Below, one piece after another: positions 24,464-37,039 of a stretch of DNA of 56,967 bases. Both the position numbers and the translations under genes were made by a program. Numbering within the stretch: the stretch's first letter is position 1; each line of letters starts with the position of its first letter. Source of the stretch: Chiloscyllium plagiosum (taxonomy: Eukaryota); the NCBI RefSeq assembly GCF_004010195.1, contig NC_057720.1, forward strand, positions 28,597,971 to 28,654,937, read 5' to 3'. The notes under the pieces were generated by a model that was given only the letters and a program-made list of their open reading frames with translations, was not told the origin of the DNA and did no database searches.

Positions 24464-25149
24464 TGCCATGCTTAGAGACCAGATCGGCCTTTGCCAAAAT
24501 ATATCATGGAGATAGTCTCGACCCTAAAATTTATTTGATTTGAAATGCACATGTAAAGTGCTATGTTCCAGATATAATTTGATTGGTCAACCACTAAGCT
24601 TTAATAAAAATTCTCTTTCTTCTTACAATGCAATTTAAATGCAACAAAACGAAGAACTGGTATAACTACTCTATTGGCATACTTAACAAGACAATGTATT
24701 ATTTAACCACTAATCATCAACTGTTCCAATATAGGCAGAAGCCCATAAATATCCTTTGGCAAAATACAATGCCCCCAAACATTATTATTCTCACATGCTG
24801 TCTCTCTCCAGTCCAGTGGAAAGAAACAAGCTGCCCCTTCTGATTTCTAAGACAAAAATTCTCTGTCTTAAGTTTTCATTCTAACAGCAACAAGAACTCT
24901 AGCTGTCCGCTGCAGCAGCTGACTAACAAAAATCTAACTGAAAGCAAAATCAAAGTCCGCTGGGTCTGTGTCAATCTGACCTCGCCCTCTCATGATTCTT
25001 TTGTCTTAATTTAAAAGAACACCCAGAGAGAAACGCAAAGCTATTTGCAAATTGCCTTTCGATAGGAGACACCTCAGCATCACTGTTACGAAACTCTACT
25101 GCCAAAGAAACGGGACAGAGCCATGTCTTAAAGGCACAGCATCATCACA
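24464..25149 (-). mobile_element. probable solo LTR
   Basis: Minus strand begins TGTGATGATGCTGTGCCTTTAAG, resembling the start of the LTR at 5688. Left boundary uncertain; no clean TSD. Confidence 0.4.
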
Positions 25150-25224
25150 CCATCTACATATTGGCAATTCTTCCAAAGTAGGCATTTAGGTATATCCTGG
25201 TTTGTTTTTATTTGTTCAGCAGTT

Positions 25225-25565
25225 GTGACCTTCACTGTCTGAGTAGGCATTTATGGTCCATTCCTCATTGTTTTTGAGATTGTGGCAGTGAGCTACCTTG
25301 ACAAACCATAGAGCTCCAATTGTAGGTACACTCACAATGCCGTTAGGGAAGGAATCCCAGGATTTTAAATCAATGACACTGAAAGAATGGCAATATATTT
25401 CAGAGCTGTGAGTGACTTGGAGGAGAACTTGCAGGCGAATATGTTCCCATGTATTTGCTACCCTTGTCCTTCTAGATGGCAGTGGTCATGTATTTGGAAG
25501 GTGCTGTTGAAAAAACCCTGGTGAATGTCTATAGTGCAACTTGTCGATGGTACACACTGCTACTA
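25225..25565. repeat. interspersed repeat (probably a LINE end); copies at ~30027-30260 and ~34348-34530
   Basis: Shared CATTTAT.G.CCATTCCT..TTG..TTGAGA...GGAAGGTGCTGT blocks. Confidence 0.6.
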
Positions 25566-25873
25566 CTGGGTGTGGCTTTGAACTTGCAAGTATTATTCTG
25601 TGTGATATTTCAATATGCCTTTATATTTTTTAAGATGCACAATTCTCATTAAAACCCCAGCAAGAAAATTAAAATATAATATGAAGCAAAAATAATCATC
25701 AAGTGAGCCATAGTTAGAATGATCAAATATAAAATTATCTGTGTGCTGGGCTATGAATACTTTAGAAAGGATTAATCTGAATTGTAGCATTGTTGATCAA
25801 ATACGTCTCTGTTGGCAGTGCTTCTCCTAAGGAATTATGGATATTATGAACTTGGCTTAAAGTGTCATAATTG

Positions 25874-26380
25874 AGTCTGAGTCAAGAGTGTGGTGCTGGG
25901 AAAGCACAGCCAGTCAGACAGCATCTGAGGGGCAGGAGAATCGGCGTTTCAGGCATAAGCCTTTCATCAGGAATGAAACTTGTCGGCCAGGGGGAGCTGA
26001 GAGATAAATAGGAGGGGGTTGGGGTTGGGGGGAAGGTAGCTGAGAATGCAATAGGTAGCTGAAGGTGGGGGAGAAGATGATAGGTCAGAGAGGAGGGTGG
26101 AGCAGATAGAAGGGAAAGACGATGGACAGGTCAAGAAAGCGACGCTGAGTTGGAGGCTTGGGACTGGGATAAAGTGGGAGGAAGGGAAATGAGGAAACTG
26201 GTGAAATCCACATTAATTCTGTGTGATTGCAGAGTCCCATGGCAGAAAATGAGGTGTTCTTCCTCCAGGTGTCAGGTGTTTAGGGTTTGGCGATGGAGAA
26301 GGCCCAGGACCTGCGAGTCCTTTGTGGAGTGGGAGGGAGAGTTGAAGTATTCAGCCATGGGGCGGTGGGGTAGGGGCAAT
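25874..26380 (-). mobile_element. Penelope-like element 3' fragment (GIY-YIG C-terminus + pLTR with hammerhead)
   Basis: Minus strand encodes LEEEHLIFCHGTLQSHRINVDFTSF, then a pyrimidine-rich UTR and CUGAUGA-AAGGC-UUAU-GCCU-GAAACGCC at ~25937-25973. Confidence 0.85.
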
Positions 26381-28318
26381 GGATGAGGTCCATCATTCTT
26401 CACATGATGTAAGTGCTTCTGATGTTTTGGACAGCAGTTATGAATCAATCATTGCTGTGGGTCTGGAATCACATGGAAGACAGACCAGGTAAAGTGGATA
26501 GATTTCCTTCCTCAAAGGACATTAGTGAATCAAGTTGTTTTTTTTTTATTTGACAACAACCAGCCGTGGATACATGGTCATCATTGTACCAGTTTGATAT
26601 TCCAGGATTCCTTTTGTATTAAGTTCAAATATTGCTATCTGTCATGGTTAGACTTGAATCCATGCCCTCAGAATGTTAACATGGGGTTCTGAGTTACTAG
26701 TCCAGTGACATTACCGCTGCATCACCATCTCCCCTTGCAATCCTGGTGGCACTGCTCACATTTTTTTTAAAAAACAAACTTCCAGTAAAAAAGATTTGAA
26801 CTTGCAGCTGAAAGCTAAAAGAATGACTTGAAGCGATTTCATGTTTTAAAACTACTACTGTAACAAATGATTGGAAAAAAACACTATTGGTTGAACATAA
26901 GTTTCCTTTTTGGAGGCAACTAATATCTTATGTTACAGAAAACAATATTCCTCTTCTAAATCTTAACCCAACCAACACAAAAACACACCAGCTGTATTGA
27001 GCTTTACATAGACATTCGATTTTCCCAGAATCAATCCAACATGATTCTTACCTCCTGAGGGTTAATTCTAGTCCTTCCTCAGCTTGGTAACTTGCAATCT
27101 TACAATGTTTCCAACTTTGTTTTAATTCTCCATTAATCTGGTCTTTTCAGACGAGCATTACTTCCACCTATATTCCTGTACAGTGAACCATAAGTACTTC
27201 CTTGGCCCTCTCTCCCAGGTTCAGGAGGACATAAAAATAAAAGTTGATAGTAGGTTTCCACAAAAGCATAGAATCTGATCATTACTGTGTTTTCTTCTGC
27301 GTCCTTCCCGTGGCAATGTGAGTCACATGGGCATTATATCTAGGTTGAAATGCTAATTAGTTCCTTGAGAGCCCATCTCTCTTTCATCTCATAATTTAAC
27401 GGACACTTCAAACACAACTGTTTACAACCAAACATTCCCAACACTTTTCTAGGACTTCAGAGACTCTCAGTTCAGCACACAGGCTCTTATTTCCAAATAT
27501 AAAAATGTTGCATCTTCTTTTCAGTAAAACTAACACAGCTTTTGTTCGATCAAACACCCAGACTGACAGTCAGGCAGTCTTCAGAACAGGTAGCATGTCC
27601 CCTTCATTCTACTTTAAATTCAAAGACCAAACATAACACTTGTATAAATCTCTTATTTATAGCAACTGGGAAATGGTGGTTGGTATGTGGCAATTGGTTT
27701 ATCTTAAATTCTTTGATAGTCCTTAAATTGCTACAAATTCAAGCAGTGATTTATCAGTATGTGGACTGCCTTTTCTACTACTATGGAGACATACTTTATA
27801 TCTGGTGATTTTGGCGGTGGGGGGGGGCGTTGGTGGGGGTGCGTGGTTGGAGAAGTCATGGAAGACAAGGAGGCACATGAGTTGTTCTGGCCACTCTGCA
27901 TATCAATACCCAAGGAAGTCTACTTGTGAAGATACCAATTCACATGGGGCGGCCTGGCCTGATTCCTGTAACTAGAATTTGAAGTTTCTATTAAAAGCAA
28001 ACGCCACGAGATTTAAAATGCAAGAGGGCAAGCACATTCCTTTGGGCTGGCTGGACATTTGTAAAAGATGTGCCCAATTAATAGTTCTTCTGTGATGCTA
28101 AATTAAACTTACAGTGAAATGCTTATAGCTCCCATTGTAAGGCAATGATAAAAAATAGGCAACTTGGAGGTGCAGTGGATAGTGAAGAAGGTTACCTCAG
28201 ATCTTGGAACACATCTTGATCAGATGGGCCGAGGAGTGACAGATGGAGTTTAATTTAAATAAATATGAGGTGCTGCATTTTGGAAAGGCAAATTAGGGTA
28301 GGACTTATATACTTAATG

Positions 28319-28825
28319 AGGAGAAAGTGAGGACTACAGATGCTGGAGATCAGAGCTGAAAATGTGTTGCTGGAAAAGCGCAGCAGGTCAAGCAGCATCC
28401 AAGGAGCAGGAGAATCGACGTTTCGGGCATAAGCCCTTCTTCAGGAATGAGGAAGGTGTGCCAAGCAGGCTAAGATAAAAGGTAGGGAGGAGGGACTGGG
28501 GCAGGGGCGTTGGGAATGCGATAGGTGCAAGGAGGTTAAGGTGAGGGAGATAAGCTGGTGAGGGGGTGGGAGCGGAGAGGTCGGGAAGAAGATTGCAGGT
28601 CACGAAGGCGGTGCTGAGTCCGAGGGTTGGGACTGAGACAAGGTGGGGGGAGGGGAAATGAGGAAGCTGGAGAAATCTGCATTCATCCCTTGTGGTTGGA
28701 GGGTTCCTAGGCGGAAGATGAGGTGCTCTTCCTCCAGGCGTCGTGTTTCCATGGTCTGGCGATGGAGGAGGTAAGGACCTGCATGTTCTTGGCGGACATC
28801 TCTGCCCCCAACACATTTTTCAGCT
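28319..28825 (-). mobile_element. Penelope-like element, 5'-truncated, young
   Basis: 15-bp TSD CTTATA(T/C)ACTTAATG at 28304-28318 and 28826-28840. Encodes RRLEEEHLIFRLGTLQPQGMNADFSSF (PLE endonuclease C-terminus), then the pLTR; short inverted pLTR piece at the 5' end. Confidence 0.9.
28412..28447 (-). ncRNA. minimal hammerhead ribozyme motif, intact
   Basis: Reverse complement reads UUC CUGAAGA A GGGC UUAU GCCC GAAAC GUC GAUUC. Confidence 0.75.
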
Positions 28826-29562
28826 CTTATACACTTAATGGTAAGGTCCTGGTGAGTTTTGCTGAACAAAGAGACCTTGGGGTGCAAGTTTGTAGCTCCT
28901 TGAAAGTAGAGTCACATGTATATAGGATAGTGAAGAAGGTGTTTCATATGCTTGCCTTTATTAATCAGTGCATTGAGTATTGGAATTGGGAGGTCATGTT
29001 GCAGCTGTACAGAACGTTGGTTAGGCTACTTTTGGAATTCTGTGTGCGATTCTGGTCTCCAGCCTATAGGAAGGATGTTGTGAAACTTGAAAGGGTTCAG
29101 AAGAGATTTACAACGATGTTGCCAGGGCTGGAGTGTTTGACCTGTACAGAGAGGTTGATTAGACTGGGGCTATTTTCTCTGTAGCATTGGAGGCTGAGGG
29201 ATGACCTGATAGAGGTTTATAAAATCATGAGGGGCATGGATAGGGTAAAAGAACAAGGTCTTTTCCCTGAGGTGGGGACTGCATAACTCAGGGGCACAGA
29301 GGGGATAGGAAAAAGATTTAAAAGGGACCTAAGGGGTGACTTTTTCAGACAAAGGGTGGTGTGTACATGGAATGGGCTGCCAGAGGAAGTGGTATGATTA
29401 CATAATTTAAAAGACACCTGGGTGGATAAATGAATATGAATATATAAGTTTTAGGGGATATGGGCCAAATGTTTTGAAATGGGACTAGATTTATGTAGGA
29501 TATCAGATCGGCATGGATGAGTTAGACCAAAGGTTCTGTTTCCTTGCTGTACATCTCTATGA

Positions 29563-29729
29563 GCTGGAAATGTGTTGCTGGAAAAGCAACACATTCAGGA
29601 ATTCCTGAAGAAGGGCTTATGCCCGAAACGTCGATTCTCCTGTTCCCTGGATGCTGCCTGACCTGCTGCGCTTTTCCAGCAACACATTTCCAGCTCTGAT
29701 CTCCAGCATCTGCAGACCTCACTTTTTCC
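29563..29729 (+). mobile_element. Penelope-like ORF-less pLTR insertion in a CR1 tail
   Basis: Perfect 14-bp TSD GTACATCTCTATGA at 29549-29562 and 29730-29743; partial inverted arm, full pLTR and tail. Confidence 0.9.
29602..29637 (+). ncRNA. minimal hammerhead ribozyme motif, intact
   Basis: CUGAAGA A GGGC UUAU GCCC GAAAC GUC GAUUC. Confidence 0.75.
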
Positions 29730-31846
29730 GTACATCTCTATGACTCTATGACTCGAATTGCAAACACACTTAACTTAACAATCCTTTCAGTGAGAAGCAA
29801 ATTTCTTTTTCATCCCTTCCCAAACAGAGAAATTGAATCCACTCTTTCTGCAATCTATAACCATACCTTTCTTACTTAGAGGATAAAGAGGACCACTCGG
29901 ATGGATTTTCAGTTTGAGGGTGGCTCAAAGTTGGAACTGTCTTCCATCTCTGAACCGCGACCAGAGTAAACAGATTTAAGTCACAATTTTTTTTCAGGGA
30001 CTTCTCCCCATTTATTTGGCAGGGGGCAACATTTATTGCCCATTCCTAGTTGCTATTGAGAAGATGGTTGTGAGATACCTTCTTGAACTGCAGTACTCCA
30101 TGCACTGTTGGTGGAAGGCAGTAGTTGTGGGATTGGAAGGTGCTGTCTAAGGTACTTTGGTGAATTCCTGCAGTGTATCTAGTCGTTGGTACAAGATACT
30201 GCTGTTGAGTGTCAGTAGTGAAGGATGTGGATGTTTATGAATGTGGTGCCATTCACTTGGACTGGGGTGGGTTTCTGGCAGCCACTTTGTAAGGCAGGTT
30301 CAGGAGTGGAGGTGGGTCAATTGAAGTCCACGTCTGATTTATACTCACCATGATAACAATTACTGCAGCTGTTGTTTCTCAACAAAGTCAGTTACTGAGC
30401 TTTGGCCTGTATCTCAATATCACATAATGATTCAGGAGAACCTGGAATCCAACATAAGGGAAGGACAGCCCTTTGTCTTTCTGACAATGACCTTGAAGCA
30501 ACACTGCAGATTGTGAACAACCCGCCCAGTGAGTGGAATGAATAAGCCTCCTTTGCAGAAACTAGGTCTGAGTTAGCCACTGCCATTGGCTGAGTTGTTG
30601 TTAAACGATCTTGGATTCAGTACAAGAAGAGGTCCAATGATCTGATATGCTCTAACAAGGTGAGTGGAATCTCCACCCCTCAGAACAGACTTGTGGTATT
30701 CATCTTGCAGCAAACATGCGAGATTGAGGAGCCTATGGCTGCATGCTATTCCTGAATACAATGGGGGCATGTGCCCAGGACGTGAGCTTACCTCTCAGGT
30801 GGGCTGAAAGCCATAGTTCAGCCGAGACCCCTGTAACCAATAACCAATACATTTAACTTCTAATGAATTGGATTAACTGTCATTGTCTATCAAAGACAGA
30901 AGTATTTTAGCTTACTCTTTTTTTTGGTTTTGCAGGTGAAATGGGTAGATATAACCCTGGATAGGATGAAAATATGTGGAGGGCTGTTATACATGCAGAG
31001 AATTACACCAATGGAAGACTTAGCAATGGAGACAGTGAACAAACAGGAAGTTGACCAAAGAACTGGGAACTCATGATGGAGATGGTGATTACAGAGTGCG
31101 CAATGCTCATTCAGAGTGTGCAGAGCACTCCAAGCCATCTGGCAACAGACTGAACACTGATTTATATTGAGAATCTTCACCAGACGCGGAAGTTAGCTGT
31201 CATAGTTTATTATGTGTCTCTCACAGAGGCAGATGTCCAGATCCCGAGACCACCTCCCATTCCTTTGGCCACTAAGGTGACAAGGAGGAAAGAAAAGAAG
31301 TATCATTATACCATATCCACCTTTTATCAGCAATGATACTCTGACTTCAGTTGATTCTTGCGCATATGTAGATAGGGTGATGTTTGATGATAAACACAGC
31401 ACTAAAGTTGGGTGGAATTATGGGAGACAGGGACTACTGTGGTGGAGGGAGGGTCAACACAGCCTTATTCAACTGGGTACAGATACATAGCTATAGGATC
31501 ACATAATATAAGACTACCTAAACCAGCATATGTCCCCCCAAATGTTAGAAATCGGTGTGGACTTGTTGGGCCAACGGGCCTGTTTCCACATTAGAGTGTA
31601 GAGCATCTCATCTCCAGCATCTGCAGTACTCACCTCCGCCCAATACTTTATATTCGTCTCACTCAAGAGAATGAGGATAAAGATATGGAACCCAGGGGAG
31701 ATACTGCGAGGTGAGTAAGCAAAGGTATTGGAGACTCAAAGACAGGCAACCTGCAGGTCCAGATGAATTGTGTCCCAGGCTGCTTGATATCCAAGGGAAG
31801 AGATTGCACATGGACTGATTGGAAGGTGACAGATGACTGGAGAACA

Positions 31847-32095
31847 GTTAGATTAGATTACTTACAGTGTGGAAACAGGCCCTTCACCCAACAAGTCCAC
31901 ACCGACCCTCCGAAGAGCAACCCACCCAGGCCCATTCCCTACCTTTACCCCTTCACCTAACACTACTGGCAATTTAGCTTGGCTAATTCACCTAACCTGC
32001 ACATTTTTGGACTGTGTGAGGAAACCAGAGCATCCGGAGGAAACCCACACAGACACGGGGAGAATGTGCAAACTCCACACAGACAGTTGCCTGAG
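31847..32095 (-). mobile_element. HE1-like SINE lacking the tRNA head
   Basis: Reverse complement matches the core and tail of 2356-2680; (TTAGA)n tail. Confidence 0.85.
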
Positions 32096-34793
32096 ATTGA
32101 TTTCCCCATGACCAATGGAAAGAACTAGAAGACACAATTTCGTTTTTTACTCTAATTTATGATGAAAATTTCTGCCAGTCTAACTGGAAGAGCCTCTTGC
32201 AGTTAACATGAAATAATTTATTGCTGTGAGCACTAGTTACAGGTCACATTAATATGGTAGACCCTGTCACAAAACCTTTGAGGAGGATCAAATATTAGTT
32301 CTCACTCCTTCAAAATCCTAAGCTGTTTTTCCAACAGATCTGCATGACACCATTATTGTGGGTGGTGCTTATTGTACTGTTCAGTACTCATGTCTTCAGA
32401 CTCATGTACAACACTTTCTGCCTCCTTCCATGCCTCTGATGGTATCTGAAACGTCAGCCCTCAATCTTTTAGAAGGGATGGTGTTTTTGCAGTTTCATTA
32501 GTAGGATGGGTTTAAGAGTGACTGGCCTTTTAAGATCTGCTGACATCAGATATTTTGAACCTTGAACCCTGTGTACCGTCAATATATTACCAGAAGAGTG
32601 AACAGCATACTGCTGAAAGATGTCAATCAGCTGGCCTTGCTTTATGTTAAGAGGTCAGTTAAGGGCACTCCAAAAGTCATAGTTCCACCTCCACAAGGAA
32701 GAAGTCAAATCATTGAATCTTATTGACATTCCCCCTCATCCACTCGATTATAACAGAATTAGCTCTGCATTTAGAGAGCAACCATGATAGACAGTGTTCA
32801 AAATGACGTTCATGAAAGCTACGGAGGATTTTGCAACACTTTAGCCATTCAAAAGTAATCCTACCATAGAAAATGAAATTAAGTAACAATCTTATTTTGT
32901 TGGGAGTTCATTACAAACTCCACCACAATTTTGTTCAAGTCATCTCAGACCATCTGAAGTTCTGTCCTGAAATGTTTGGCATAATGTAACACTCTCCACC
33001 CCCATGTACTCGTCCCCCTTCCTCTCCCACCATACTGATTGCACCACAAGCTGTAAACTCACGTCAAATCCAAATATTATTGTTTTTTTAAATCTGGAAG
33101 GAATTTATAGATGTCTCTGTTCCTGCTGCCAATACAAATACAGTCACTCATTAACATGAGATCCTTTTATGCCTGAAGAATGGTTTGACTTTTCAGCTCT
33201 AGTAAAAAACTGGGTCAAAGAAGCAGTTGTCAGGTGTTGACCCAAAACAGAGATTCATGAATGGTGATCCATTCTAAGACGTAGGGCCTGGTTGGTACAA
33301 ATATATGTTGGCATTCCACAACGTGTGGAAGGACATGACTTGACAGTCATGAGAAATTTCCAACCTTTTCCATAGTATTTGGAAGGAAACACATTGTAAC
33401 CTCTTCACTGAGAAGCAGACAAGTCATTCTTTAGTCTTGTGCATTTACAGAGCTTGATTTAAGAGCAGCATTGACAAAGGATTGCAAGCCAGATGGCCAA
33501 TTGCCCTTTGAATCTGGAAAAGAAAACAAAATACCTTAAATTAGCCATTTTTCATCTGAAGGGCCAACCATGTAAAAGGGGTAGTAAGATAAGTTAGGCA
33601 ATAAAATTTAAAGAGAGCTTTTAGTGCTTTCACAAAAGAGATAATGACTATTAGAGTTTGCAAAGATTCCACTTACTTTGGAATTAATTAGGATAAATGG
33701 AATTAGTTGCCACATGTTCCCCTGAAACTCTTATTGGATAATGTAAACCTGCAATAGAGGAAACACGAGTGAGTTCAGTGGAAGAAATCTATCAAAATCC
33801 TCAATTCAAATTTGAAATAGGGCATATATCACACATGACTCTTACACCTTTTAATCATTTATGTTAACAGTTGAAGTAAGTTAATTTGCTTGTTGTACAC
33901 TTTTAGATATACGCACCAGTCACAGCTGGGACGATGCAAAAGAGCCTGTTCAGCAATTCAGGTATTTACTGAGAGCACAGCCATGTTAACCTCTTCTCCT
34001 GGTAGGTGAGTATATTGCTGATTGATGGCTCAGTAGGGAAGATAGGTTAGACAGTGCCTCTCACAGTATCGCCTTTATCACTTCCTGAGAGAAATCCATA
34101 CGAAGACTGTTGGAGTTGTTGACATAATAAAATTGTTTATAGAGTGAATTTGTCATCAAGCTCAGCGTGGAGCAAATGTCCACATGTCTCTAGAACTGCA
34201 AAAACTGCTGCTGGACTTATTTGTCAGAGGGAATTGCTTACATAGAATGTACAAAACAGAAACATCCCAATCTCTCCTGTTTATAGTTCACGCAAGCTTT
34301 CTTTTGAAAAAATTTATCTTTTTAATTCCGTGACTGCATGTGGACATAACTGGCTATTCCAGCAGTTACCACCCATTTCTAATTGCACTTGAAGAGGTGG
34401 TATTGAGTACACTTCTCAAACTACAGCAATCTATGTGGTCTATGTAAATCCATGCTGTTAGGACGGCAGTTCCAGTATGTTTATCCAGTGACAATGAAAG
34501 AAGGTGATACAGTTCCAAATGAGAATGGTGCATGGCTTATGAGTATAGTTAGGAAAAGCAGCAGTCCTGTAGGAAGTGTGGCAGATAGTGTAGCATAACG
34601 AAGGCATGGACTAGAATATAGAATAGGAATGCTACAGAAGTCCATATGACCAAAGATCCTAGTGACTATGAATAAGTAAGAAGAAAGGTTAAAAAAAGCT
34701 GTGTCATGAAAATTGTGTGATTTATATACATTAATATTATTTTTTAAAGATTGGATGTCAAAGACTAGATCAGACAGCCCTCCAAGAAACATA

Positions 34794-36100
34794 GAGTCGA
34801 AAAGGGTGGCGCTTGGGAGAGTGGGCGGTTGAGTTAAAGTGGCATGTTCTCCGAAGACCGGCTCAACATGGACATCTATTTCAAACCCACCGACTCCCGC
34901 AGCTACCTTGACTACATCTCCCCCAAACCCCCTGTAAAAATGTGATCCCTTACTCCCAATTCTTCCACCGCATCTGCTCCCAGGAGGAAGAATTCCACTC
35001 CAGGAGATCCCAAATGGCCTCCTATTTCAGGGACCACAATATCCCCTCCCATGTGATCATCTATGTCCTTCAGTGCATCTCCTCCACTTCCTGCACCTCC
35101 AGCCTCGAACCCCACCTTTTCAATCACAAGGATAGAACCCCTCCTCTCTTCACCTTCTACCTCAAGAATCTCCGGATACAGCTCATCATACACCGCCATT
35201 TGTGCCACCCACAGTCATATCCCACCACCGAAGATATATTTCCCTCCTCACCGCATCTACATTCTGTAGAAACCATTCCCTCCGCAACTCCCTTGTTAGA
35301 TTCAAGCCCCCCATCGACCCACCCTCCACATCCGGCCCCTTCCCTTGCTGCCTCACGAGGTGTAAAACCTGCACCCACAACATCTCCCTCACCTCTGTCC
35401 AAGGCCCCAAAAGATCTTTTCACATCTGGCAGAGATTTTTCTGCACATCCTGCCGCCTCATCTACTGCATCCATTGTTCTTAATGTGGTCGCCTCTACAT
35501 CAGGGAGACAGGACATCAACTTACGGAACGTTTTAGGGTACATCTCTGGGGGGGGGGCACCACCAAACAACCCCACTACCCTGCAGCCTACCACTTCAAT
35601 CCACTTTTCACTCCACCAAGGACGTGCAAGTCCTGGGCCTCCTCCACTACCAAATCAAAACTACACCGCCAATTGGAGGAAGAACACCTCATCTTCCACA
35701 ATGGGACCCTTCAACCACACAGCATCAAAATCAACTTCATTAGTTTCCAAATCTCCCCTACTCCCAACTCATCTCAGATCCAATCTGCCAACTCAGCACC
35801 ACCTTCTTGACCTGTTCTACTTGTCTATCTTCCTTCCCACCTATCTATTCCACCCTTCCCACCAACCTATCAGTATTTCCGCCCGATCTGCTTCCACCTA
35901 TCACCTTCCTACCTACCTTCCCCCCCAACACCACCCCTATACCCCTATTAATCTCTCATCCCCATCTACATTCCTGAGTAAGGACTTATGCCTGAAACAT
36001 TGATTCTCCTGATCCTCGGATGCTGCTTGGCCTGCTGCACTTTTCCAGTGCCACCTTTTTCAATTATGACTCTCCAGCAGCAGCAGTCCTCACTTTCTCC
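34794..36100 (+). mobile_element. Penelope-like element (Neptune-type), 5'-truncated, frameshifted
   Basis: RT thumb (TDIYFKPTDSRSYLDY; IPYSQF.RICS), Cys linker (FPCCLTRCKTC), GIY-YIG (LIYCIHCS..LYI.ETG; LEEEHLIF). pLTR with decayed hammerhead at ~35971-36006; short inverted pLTR piece at 34794. Confidence 0.9.
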
Positions 36101-37039
36101 CACTTCTGAAATGTAGTCTAATCTAATCTGTGTCAAAGAAGTGAAGACTGTGAACCCTTGGACTATCAATGTAAAATTATTTATACCATGGTGGTTTACG
36201 ACAGTAGAGTATAAAGTGAAGGCCTTTAGGTGGTTTTTGGTTTAGCATAATCAAGAATTGGTTTTAGCTTGGAAAACACAGAGGCTGAAAGTTATAGAGT
36301 GTTCGGAGGTAACCCAACTACAATTCAAGAATAGTAAGTAAGCAAATATAACAGGAAACTATGGTTTCTCTTCTGGAAAGAAGATTTTCAGATCTGTTAA
36401 ATAAATAAATTACCACATTAGAAAGGATTAGTTTGTGCAATTTCTGAACCACAAGTCATTTGAAGTTAGTTAGAAATGTATAGATTATTAAAAGTTGAGA
36501 AAGCTTAAACTCTCAATTCTCTGAGTATTCAAGTCATTTCAAATTTCACAGGACAAAATCTGAGAAGAATCAGTTAAATAAATATTAGATCTGTGAGTAA
36601 AGATTTTGATGTAGGGGGATAATTGTTCTGGTTTTGAATCTCTGTAACAGATAGTATCAGGAAAACTATTTGAAAAGTTCTTATGCTGTCTGTGTGAAGA
36701 TATTTCTAACTATGTTTGATGTTTATATAGCTTTCATTAATTTATTTCTCCTCTTCTGTTCTTATTTTCTGTTGTTAAAGTAACTTTTCAACCTTCTGTG
36801 ACCATTTTTCAGTGACTGCCCAGCATAGTAACTAAAATTTTAAAAAAACTATCAGGCCAGCTTTCATCCTGGGATCTGATTTATCCAGTGGCACCATCAG
36901 CTGGGATGAAAATGGCTGCGAAACAGAAAAATATATAAAGCTGGAGAGAATTTAGGGTGTACATAGAAGTGCCAGATAAAGGACAAGTAGCTCTGTCACA
37001 TTGAAGGATATGTGTGGAGAAGATGGTTGCCTGATGAGA

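Larger units (their letters stand above)
28144..29753 (+). mobile_element. CR1 LINE (HER1-type), interrupted by two Penelope-like insertions
   Basis: ORF2 C-terminal RT region (QRDLGVQV, LYRTLVRLLLEFCVRFWSP, LERVQKRFT); CTCTATGACTCTATGACTC tail. Confidence 0.9.

Noticed and set aside
28723..29184. 153-aa ORF (and similar ORFs at 51087, 51376, 56484)
   Set aside because: CR1 ORF2 fragments, some chimeric with inserted PLE sequence
30460..31330. possible Harbinger Myb-like remnant or spliced gene
   Set aside because: Only a weak LSDNDLEATL resemblance; too decayed to support a call
33907..34004. isolated exon-like segment (TTTTAG|...|GTGAGT)
   Set aside because: No recognisable protein similarity or partner exons; splice-like motifs alone are insufficient
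34942..36003. 353-aa Pro/Ser-rich ORF, the longest in the window
   Set aside because: Mostly an off-frame reading of a C-rich, frameshifted Penelope copy; only the N-terminal part is in the RT frame. Not a host gene.
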